In this document: positions 57,293 through 64,000 of the stretch, one piece after another
How the letters are laid out: every line of letters begins with the position of its first letter
Position numbering within the stretch: the stretch's first letter is position 1
Position numbers and translations under genes: made by a program
DNA from: Ruminococcus sp.
GTDB lineage: Bacteria > Bacillota > Clostridia > Oscillospirales > Ruminococcaceae
NCBI GenBank assembly: GCA_017470535.1
Contig: JAFUYP010000014.1
Location: forward strand, 7,761 to 71,760
Reading direction: 5' to 3'
Length of the DNA: 64,000 nucleotides
The notes under the pieces: model-generated
Told to the model about the DNA's origin: nothing
What the model saw: the letters and a program-made list of their open reading frames with translations, nothing else
Database searches by the model: none

Positions 57293-58251
57293 CAGTCGTC
57301 TTTCTCTCCGTTTTGCTCTCTTCCGTTTCTCACAACATTTCTTATTATAAAGCGTGGGCGTTTCTTTATCTCCTCATATATCTTAGAAAGATAATACCCT
57401 ATTATGCCTAAGCTGAACATTATGATGCTCGACATGAGCAGCTGCAAAATGATAACAGTCGAAAAGCCCTGTGCCGAATTGCCGAGTATCTTGTTCACAA
57501 GCGTATGCGCACCCAGTATAAGCGTTATCAGGAACGTGACGACGCCGCAGAATGTCACTATATGCAGCGGTGCCGATGTAAATGATGTAATAGAGCTTAC
57601 AGCGTATTTTATAAGTGATGACACGCTCCACTTGCTTTCTCCTGCGGCACGCTCGGCGACCTCAAAGTACACCTTCTCGGTCTTATACCCCACCCAGCTC
57701 GACATAGCCCTGAAAAACGTCAGGCGCTCGGGCATATCATTAAGGCTGTCTACGACGCTCCTGTCAAGCAGCTTGAAATCAGATGCCCCCGACATATCAA
57801 GCCCCGACGAGCTGTTTATCAGCTTATAGAACCACAGTGAGAACGCCTTGTAGACCTTGCTTTCCCTGCCACGGTCCTTCTTTCTGCCCTCCACCACGTC
57901 TACGTCGTTATACTTCCAGATGTTATACATCTCCACTATCACCTCGGGCGGGTGCTGAAGGTCGCAGTCCATAAGCACGACTGCGTCGCCCCTTGCAGTC
58001 CTGAGCCCTGCAAAGATTGCCGCCTCCTTGCCGAAGTTTCTTGAAAAGTTCACCGCCACGACGTTCGGGTCAGTCCTTGTAAGGGAAGTAAGTATATCCC
58101 ATGTTTCGTCCTTAGAGCCGTCATTTACGAAAACAAGCTCATAGGGTATACGGTTATCCTTCATGATCTTTGATACCACCTCGGCAGTATGCTCTATATT
58201 CCCCTGCTCATTATAGCTGGGTATCACAATCGACAAAAGATCCTTTGCCAC
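57292..58251 (-). CDS. GtrB/CsbB-like undecaprenyl-phosphate glycosyltransferase (GT2)
   Basis: FSRNFGKEAA, DCDLQHPP, two C-terminal TMs, EIKKRP. Confidence 0.92.
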   Translation of the reverse strand: MAKDLLSIVIPSYNEQGNIEHTAEVVSKIMKDNRIPYELVFVNDGSKDETWDILTSLTRTDPNVVAVNFSRNFGKEAAIFAGLRTARGDAVVLMDCDLQHPPEVIVEMYNIWKYNDVDVVEGRKKDRGRESKVYKAFSLWFYKLINSSSGLDMSGASDFKLLDRSVVDSLNDMPERLTFFRAMSSWVGYKTEKVYFEVAERAAGESKWSVSSLIKYAVSSITSFTSAPLHIVTFCGVVTFLITLILGAHTLVNKILGNSAQGFSTVIILQLLMSSIIMFSLGIIGYYLSKIYEEIKKRPRFIIRNVVRNGREQNGEKDD

Positions 58252-58333
58252 GTTTTTCTCCTCTTTCTTTTATGTATAGTTGTCAGTTGTCCTTTGTTCT
58301 CCTTTAAAAGTATGCAGCACATACATTTAAAGC

Positions 58334-58372
58334 AAAACAAAAATATTCGGGACGCTGAAGCGTCAGCGTCCC
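58334..58372 (-). terminator. Terminator of the pspA operon
   Basis: GGGACGCTGA/TCAGCGTCCC stem with a U-rich tail on the minus strand. Confidence 0.7.
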
Positions 58373-58380
58373 TGCTGATA

Positions 58381-59205
58381 TTACTTTGTAAATCCGACGA
58401 TAATAACGATAAGACCTATCACAGCGCAGGCTATACCGCCAATAAGCGATGCCTTCTTTGCGGATTCCTTGCTCTTTACAAGCTCCTCCTCGCTCTTTGC
58501 CGTAACTATGAACTGCCTTGACTTGTCGGTAGGCGGTCCTATCATAAGAACGCCGCCGTTCATATACGCTTCACCCAGAACATACAGCTTCTGTCCTACG
58601 TTGAATGCCATCTCCACCTGCCTGTAACCGAGCATCCTGTGGTCATTGCCGCCCACAAAGCCGTTGTCGAAGTTGCGGAATATCCTGTTGCGGTTCTGGA
58701 AGAAATTATTGTTGTTATAAGACTGTGCAGGCTCGAACCTGTCCATAGTCTTGACAAGGTCGAATGCCCCTGCCACGCCGACAGTCTCTATCGTGATAGA
58801 GTCGCCGTTGCCGTCCGTCAGGATAAGCTCCTCGCCGGATTCCTCCTCGCTGATCTTTTCCTCGTGCTTGACAGTCCTTGTCCTCATATTGCCGTTGCTG
58901 TCACGCTCTCTTATAGTTTCCTCCGTCACACGGTATGTAGTGGCGGTGTAGTAAGCCGCATCACGCTGGCTGAACGGTGTTTTCTGGGGGTTTTTGGAAG
59001 TGACCGTGCCTTTGAGTTCGCAATACTCCCTGTAATCAGCACTTATAGATGCCATATCCGCAAGTGCTTCCTTAACGTCTGCGACGGTAGATGTCTGTGT
59101 CGCCTGAATATCAAGCAGTGCATCGCCGGTCTTTCTTCTCAGGAACCACGCAAGATACACGCCCAGTGCTATCAGAGCCACACCCAGTACGATATACATA
59201 AGCAT
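58381..59205 (-). CDS. GIDE/BAM-domain membrane protein
   Basis: TM at both ends; ELKGTV...TPFS...Y, YVLGEA, FIVTAKSEEEL pattern. Confidence 0.75.
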   Translation of the reverse strand: MLMYIVLGVALIALGVYLAWFLRRKTGDALLDIQATQTSTVADVKEALADMASISADYREYCELKGTVTSKNPQKTPFSQRDAAYYTATTYRVTEETIRERDSNGNMRTRTVKHEEKISEEESGEELILTDGNGDSITIETVGVAGAFDLVKTMDRFEPAQSYNNNNFFQNRNRIFRNFDNGFVGGNDHRMLGYRQVEMAFNVGQKLYVLGEAYMNGGVLMIGPPTDKSRQFIVTAKSEEELVKSKESAKKASLIGGIACAVIGLIVIIVGFTK

Positions 59206-59285
59206 AAATATTTCTCCTATCTTATTAATACCCTTTCCCCGGTATAACAGGAAAAGGGCTTAATAGTACTATCAGTAGGTGCAGA

Positions 59286-59963
59286 TCATGACTCAGACGG
59301 TGTCTGTCCCATTTCAGCCATAAGTCTTGCAAGCTCTGCATCAACTGCGGAATCCTTTTCAAGCTGTGCGAACTCGTCAGGACCATTCGATGTACCTGCA
59401 AGGTCTGCGAATGCGTCTGCTCTTGCTTCCTTGCTCTCGATCTTCTCCTCCATCTTGTCAAGCTTTGCAAATGCGCTGGAAGAATCCATATTGCCAAGGC
59501 TCTTTGCCATTGACTGCTGAGCGTCTGCCATCTTTGAACGTGCGATGAGCATGGACTGCCTGCTCCTTGCCTCGTCGAGCTTCTGCTTGAGAGCGTCCAC
59601 CTGATTTTTAAGAGCATTTACCTGTGTGGTAGCCTGATCGTACATTGCCTGATACTGCTCTGCCTGCTTGTCAGCATTTACTTTATTTGTAAGAGCCTTC
59701 TTTGCAAGATCCTGGTTGCCCTGCTGGAGAGCCATCTTAGCCTTGTTCTCCCAGTCAGCGCTTTCTGCCTTAGCCTTGTCAAGGCTCTTCTTCAACTGCC
59801 TCTGCGAGCCCATTGCCGTACCCAGAGCATTAGTGCAGGTCTGCACCTCTTTCTCCATGTCGATGATGATCTGCTTTACCATCTTTTCAGGGTTCTCTGC
59901 CTTATCAAGAAGATCATTGATGTTAGCCTTTAAAATATCCCCGATCCTTTCAAAAATAGCCAT
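59286..59963 (-). CDS. pspA: PspA/IM30-family protein
   Basis: MAIFERIGDILKANINDLLDKAENPEKM, long coiled coil, AFAKLDKMEEKI. Confidence 0.95.
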   Translation of the reverse strand: MAIFERIGDILKANINDLLDKAENPEKMVKQIIIDMEKEVQTCTNALGTAMGSQRQLKKSLDKAKAESADWENKAKMALQQGNQDLAKKALTNKVNADKQAEQYQAMYDQATTQVNALKNQVDALKQKLDEARSRQSMLIARSKMADAQQSMAKSLGNMDSSSAFAKLDKMEEKIESKEARADAFADLAGTSNGPDEFAQLEKDSAVDAELARLMAEMGQTPSES

Positions 59964-59990
59964 AACTTATTCCTCCTATAACAATATATT

Positions 59991-60611
59991 TTATGTATTG
60001 TCCAACCTGTCCATAGTCTTTTCATACCCGGCTCTGAGCTGGTTGAAACGGTACAGAAAAGTCAGAGCAAATACAATACATACTATCTTGCTGCCTGCCG
60101 CTATCAGCCCCGTTGCCGTCACAAGTACCTTTGTGTGTACGAGCCTGTTTGCGACATCAAAGCCTATATTCACGATCACCGTCACGGTGAGCTTGTTCCA
60201 CACCCTGCCGAGCTTTTTTACATCTGCCACGAACGGCAGAAGTATCTTGTGATTGTCAGCGTCCTCTATGACCTTGCCCTCGCCGCTGCGAAGTATCCTT
60301 ATCATAAGCCTGTGCTGAAGATCTATCGACACGAACGTAGAGACCAGACCGCAGCCTATGCTGACATAATTCAACAGCTTGTCACTGAATTTATACGATA
60401 TATATACGATGCCTGCTGTGAATACTGCGTGCGCCACGGCGGAAGCCACAGCGTTGCCCCTGAAAGCCTTGACGCCCTTGTCATGTATAGAGTATTCGGC
60501 GATGCCGATAAGTATCAGCACAAAGCCTACCGCCTTGACAGCATATGACACCCACAGCCCCGAGTTGATATTTACGATTATCAGCGCAAAGCCCGCAAAC
60601 AAAAAATTCAT
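59991..60611 (-). CDS. Hypothetical membrane protein
   Basis: About five to six hydrophobic segments; CAGG RBS; within the pspA run. Confidence 0.75.
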   Translation of the reverse strand: MNFLFAGFALIIVNINSGLWVSYAVKAVGFVLILIGIAEYSIHDKGVKAFRGNAVASAVAHAVFTAGIVYISYKFSDKLLNYVSIGCGLVSTFVSIDLQHRLMIRILRSGEGKVIEDADNHKILLPFVADVKKLGRVWNKLTVTVIVNIGFDVANRLVHTKVLVTATGLIAAGSKIVCIVFALTFLYRFNQLRAGYEKTMDRLDNT

Positions 60612-60632
60612 GTTTATTCCCTGCCAAAAGAT

Positions 60633-61100
60633 TTAATCGTTTTTGCCCTTGCCCGGCTTGAAAAGCACCTTTATGAGCAGACCTGCACCTGCTGCCACCA
60701 TGCCGAACATAAGTGTATAGGTAAAAAGCGTACCCCTTATAGCGTGGAATGATATTGAAGTGATAAGTGAGATAAGTATTATAAGTACACCCAGGGCGCA
60801 CACTATTGCGCCTATCGTTTTCTTTTCCATAAAAAAGCAAAGTCCTATCCCGACAAGAAGAGGAATGAGCATCGTACCCAAAGGCATTCTCAGACTTCCT
60901 ATGCCCCAGTAGCCTGCGCCCCAGCTCGATGTCACCTCAAAGGAATTGAACACCCAGAAAAGTCCGCCGCCGAAAAGCAGGAACCCCATAAAAAATTCAA
61001 GCAGTTCATTCTGAGCCTTGCCGCTCTCAAGTGAGGGCCTTTTTACATCAAAGCTGATGCCGTCCGAGATCTCATTGACTATCTTTTTATTCTCTTTCAA
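60633..61100 (-). CDS. Hypothetical four-TM membrane protein
   Basis: FFMGFLLFGGG, LIPLLVGIG, AAGAGL. Start moved to TTG 61100 because the longer ORF runs through the promoter. Confidence 0.75.
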   Translation of the reverse strand: MKENKKIVNEISDGISFDVKRPSLESGKAQNELLEFFMGFLLFGGGLFWVFNSFEVTSSWGAGYWGIGSLRMPLGTMLIPLLVGIGLCFFMEKKTIGAIVCALGVLIILISLITSISFHAIRGTLFTYTLMFGMVAAGAGLLIKVLFKPGKGKND

Positions 61101-61166
61101 CCCTTTCACCCCTTTGTTCTTCACCGCCCCGTATGCGCCCCTTTGAACACACACTGAGCCAAATAT

Positions 61167-61195
61167 ATTATAGTACAATTTTCGTCGATTGTCAA
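61167..61195 (-). promoter_or_regulatory. Sigma-A promoter of the pspA-GIDE operon
   Basis: TTGACA-17 nt-TATAAT, a perfect consensus. Confidence 0.8.
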
Positions 61196-61392
61196 GGGAT
61201 TGTAATAATTTTGAAATAAAAATATCCAATTTGTATACTACGATAAAAGCTCTTTAAAACGTTTTTGAAAGATAGCCCTTCAAACGCCAATGAAAATGCA
61301 GGAATAAATTTAAAAATTGCATTTTGATTTGCAAAATACGTCACATAAACGACTTTTTGTGCTACAAAATTGTAAACAATTATAAAATTTTG

Positions 61393-61440
61393 AATTTTCA
61401 GAAAAATTCGCTTGCAAAATCGAAAGTAATATGATATAAT
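61393..61440 (+). promoter_or_regulatory. gdhA promoter with an adjacent CodY-box-like site
   Basis: TTGCAA-17 nt-TATAAT with an extended TG (61412-61440); AATTTTCAGAAAAAT at 61393-61407. Confidence 0.6.
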
Positions 61441-61514
61441 AGTTACATTGATTGCGATTGCACTTGAAACGTTTAAGTGCGGCAAGCAAAAAATATATGA
61501 TGGGAGTTTTTAAA

Positions 61515-62864
61515 ATGGCACTTAAAAATGAATACCTCCAGAAGGTATACGAGCAGGTCGAGAAGAGAAATCCCGGCGAAAAGGAATTTCACCAGGCAGT
61601 TTACGAGGTTTTAGAGAGCCTTGTTCCTGTTGCTGACAAGAGACCCGACCTCATCGAGGCAGGCGTATTTGACAGAGTAGTAGAGCCTGAAAGACAGATC
61701 ATGTTCAGAGTACCGTGGGTAGATGACAACGGCAAGGTACAGGTAAACAGAGGCTTCAGAATACAGTTCAACTCAGCTATCGGACCTTACAAGGGCGGTC
61801 TGAGATTCCACCCGACAGTATGTGCATCTGTTGTTAAGTTCTTAGGCTTCGAGCAGATCTTCAAGAACAGCCTGACTTCCCTTCCTATGGGCGGCGGCAA
61901 GGGCGGTTCCGACTTTGACCCCCAGGGCAAGAGCGACGCTGAGGTCATGAGATTCTGCCAGAGCTTCATGACAGAGCTTTGCAAGCACGTTGGCGCTGAC
62001 ACAGACGTTCCCGCAGGTGACATCGGTGTAGGCGGCAGAGAGATCGGCTACCTCTTCGGTCAGTACAAGAGACTGAGAAACGAGTTCGTAGGCGTTCTTA
62101 CAGGTAAGGGTATGCAGTACGGCGGCTCACTCATCAGACCTGAGGCCACAGGCTACGGTGCTGTTTACTATACAGTTGAGATGCTTGAGCACTTCGGCGA
62201 CAGCATCAAGGGCAAGACATTCGCAGTATCCGGCTTCGGTAACGTTGCTTGGGGTACTATCAAGAAGGTAAACGAGCTTGGCGGTAAGGTAGTAACTATC
62301 TCCGGTCCTGACGGCTACGTTTACGATGCAGACGGCATCACAGGCGAAAAGGTAGATTACCTCCTCGAGATGAGAGCTTCATGCAGAAACAGAGCTCAGG
62401 ATTATGCTGACAAGTTCGGCGTACCGTTCTTTGCAGGCAAGAAGCCCTGGGAGCAGAAGGTAGACATCGTTATGCCTTGCGCTACACAGAACGAGGTAAC
62501 TCTTGAAGACGCTAAGAACATCATAGCAAACGGCGTTAAGTACTATGTAGAGGTTTCCAACATGCCTACAACTGCTGAGGCTGTTGAGTACTTAAAGGCT
62601 AACGGCGCAAAGATCGCTCCTTCAAAGGCTGTAAACGCAGGCGGCGTTGCAGTATCCGGTCTTGAAATGAGCCAGAACTCCATGAGATACAACTGGACAG
62701 CAGAAGAGGTTGACGAGAAGCTCCATGGCATCATGAAGAACATCTTCAAGTCCTCTGTTGAGGCAGCACATGAGTTCGGTCTTGGTGACGATCTCATCGC
62801 TGGTGCTAACATCGCAGGCTTCCTCAAGGTAGCTGAGGCTATGAAGGCTCAGGGTGTTGTTTAA
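61515..62864 (+). CDS. gdhA: NADP-specific glutamate dehydrogenase
   Basis: GPYKGGLRF, GGGKGGSDF, RPEATGYG, GFGNV. Start ATG 61515 with a GGGAG RBS. Confidence 0.97.
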   Translation: MALKNEYLQKVYEQVEKRNPGEKEFHQAVYEVLESLVPVADKRPDLIEAGVFDRVVEPERQIMFRVPWVDDNGKVQVNRGFRIQFNSAIGPYKGGLRFHPTVCASVVKFLGFEQIFKNSLTSLPMGGGKGGSDFDPQGKSDAEVMRFCQSFMTELCKHVGADTDVPAGDIGVGGREIGYLFGQYKRLRNEFVGVLTGKGMQYGGSLIRPEATGYGAVYYTVEMLEHFGDSIKGKTFAVSGFGNVAWGTIKKVNELGGKVVTISGPDGYVYDADGITGEKVDYLLEMRASCRNRAQDYADKFGVPFFAGKKPWEQKVDIVMPCATQNEVTLEDAKNIIANGVKYYVEVSNMPTTAEAVEYLKANGAKIAPSKAVNAGGVAVSGLEMSQNSMRYNWTAEEVDEKLHGIMKNIFKSSVEAAHEFGLGDDLIAGANIAGFLKVAEAMKAQGVV

Positions 62865-62895
62865 TATACACTGACAAGCTAAAAGCATAATACAT

Positions 62896-62937
62896 ATCCG
62901 CTCGTGCTGACTCCTCAAGGCACGGGCGGATCTTTTT
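62896..62937 (+). terminator. gdhA terminator
   Basis: ATCCGCTCGTGC/GCACGGGCGGAT followed by CTTTTT. Confidence 0.85.
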
Positions 62938-62976
62938 GCAAAAAAACACCCCAAAAGAGCTTTTTTCGATGAACTA

Positions 62977-63005
62977 TTGCATATTTTTGCAAAATGTGAT
63001 ATAAT
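62977..63005 (+). promoter_or_regulatory. Sigma-A promoter of the UDPGP-family gene
   Basis: TTGCAT-17 nt-TATAAT with an extended TG. Confidence 0.65.
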
Positions 63006-63037
63006 AATATATAAATATTTTACAGGGGTGTAAGAAT

Positions 63038-64000
63038 ATGAACAGATTATCCAATATTAAAACAAGGCTTACAGAACTCGGGCAGGAACACCTTCTAAGA
63101 TTTTACGACGAGCTTGATGATAAAGGGAAGGATAACCTTTTATCGCAGCTTGAAGGTCTTGACTATTCGGTGCTTGACATCGACGGCTCGGAGCTGCCGA
63201 GAGGCAAGTTTGAGCCGCTGGGCGCTATGACCACAGAGCAGATAAACGCAGACCGTGAGCGCCTTACCGAAATAGGACTTGATGCTATAAGACAGGGCAA
63301 GGTCGGCGCTGTGCTGCTCGCAGGCGGACAGGGTTCAAGACTCGGGTTCGACAAGCCAAAGGGTATGTTCAATATCGGTGTTGACAGGCAGCTTTATATC
63401 TTTGAGTGCCTTATAAACAACCTGCTCGATGTTGTAAAGCAGGCAGGGGCGTTCGTGCCGCTGTTCGTTATGACCAGCAGGCTAAACGACAAGGACACCC
63501 GTGAGTTTTTTGAAAGCCACGACTATTTCGGGTATGATAAAAATTACATTGATTTCTTCGTGCAGGAGCAGCTCCCGGCAGTAGATGTGGACGGCAGGCT
63601 GCTTTTAAGTGCCAAGGACACCGTCGCCTGCGCTCCCAACGGCAACGGCGGCTGGTATATCTCAATGAGAAAGTCGGGGATATTCCACCGGATAAAGCAT
63701 TCCAAAAAGCTCGAATGGCTCAATGTCTTTGCTGTTGACAACGTACTGCAAAAAATGGCTGACCCCTGCTTTATAGGTGCGGTGATAGATTCAAGACGCA
63801 CCTGCGGCGCTAAGGTCGTTTCAAAGGCTTCCCCTGACGAAAAGGTCGGCGTTCTCTGCTTAGAGGACGGCAGACCCTCGATAGTCGAATACTACGAGAT
63901 GACAGAGGAGATGCGCACACGTCTTGACAAGGACGGCAGGCTCGCATATAACTACGGCGTTATACTAAACTACCTTTTCAGCATAAAAGAGCTTGACAAG
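63038..64000 (+). CDS. UDPGP-family sugar-1-phosphate uridylyltransferase (UDP-GlcNAc pyrophosphorylase type), partial; not in the ORF track
   Basis: Manual translation gives MNRLSNIK...GQEHLL...LLAGGQGSRLGFDKPKG...PNGNGG...VDNVL...VEYYE, open to the window end. Confidence 0.9.
   Translation, partial: MNRLSNIKTRLTELGQEHLLRFYDELDDKGKDNLLSQLEGLDYSVLDIDGSELPRGKFEPLGAMTTEQINADRERLTEIGLDAIRQGKVGAVLLAGGQGSRLGFDKPKGMFNIGVDRQLYIFECLINNLLDVVKQAGAFVPLFVMTSRLNDKDTREFFESHDYFGYDKNYIDFFVQEQLPAVDVDGRLLLSAKDTVACAPNGNGGWYISMRKSGIFHRIKHSKKLEWLNVFAVDNVLQKMADPCFIGAVIDSRRTCGAKVVSKASPDEKVGVLCLEDGRPSIVEYYEMTEEMRTRLDKDGRLAYNYGVILNYLFSIKELDK

Noticed and set aside
59225-59617. 130-aa alternative-frame ORF overlapping pspA
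   Set aside because: Same strand as pspA but out of frame, with no family motif; best explained by pspA codon bias.

Overview
A 64-kb chromosomal window from a spore-forming, Ruminococcus-like (Oscillospiraceae) anaerobe; this taxon is inferred from gene content and codon style. I found no rRNA, tRNA, CRISPR array, prophage or transposase. The left 12.3 kb is one tightly coupled minus-strand operon of at least 14 genes. It joins a FetM/FTR1-P19-DUF2318-MacB/FtsX ABC iron-uptake core to a flavinylation-motif lipoprotein, a second membrane-anchored protein with a similar motif, and an SdhC/A/B-like module whose flavoprotein lacks the covalent-FAD His. A transglutaminase-like protein, DUF4418 and another ABC permease follow. 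A GTTAG-N6-CTAAC palindrome occurs five times at this operon and twice upstream of an unannotated 2[4Fe-4S] ferredoxin 32 kb away, suggesting a shared iron regulon. The rest of the window holds a PadR-DUF1700-DUF4097-PspC operon, spoIIQ-like and spoIIP genes, a 49-aa membrane peptide, a MITE family (one intact copy, three remnants), a GGDEF sensor, mraY-like/pssA/psd, pullulanase, xylA, a Gld-like ABC system, the rimP-nusA-infB-rbfA-truB-ribF-gltX run, upp/hpt, rex, a GH5 lipoprotein, GtrB-YfhO, a PspA-GIDE operon, gdhA and a partial UDPGP-family pyrophosphorylase. All family calls come from motif recognition by eye, not from database searches.
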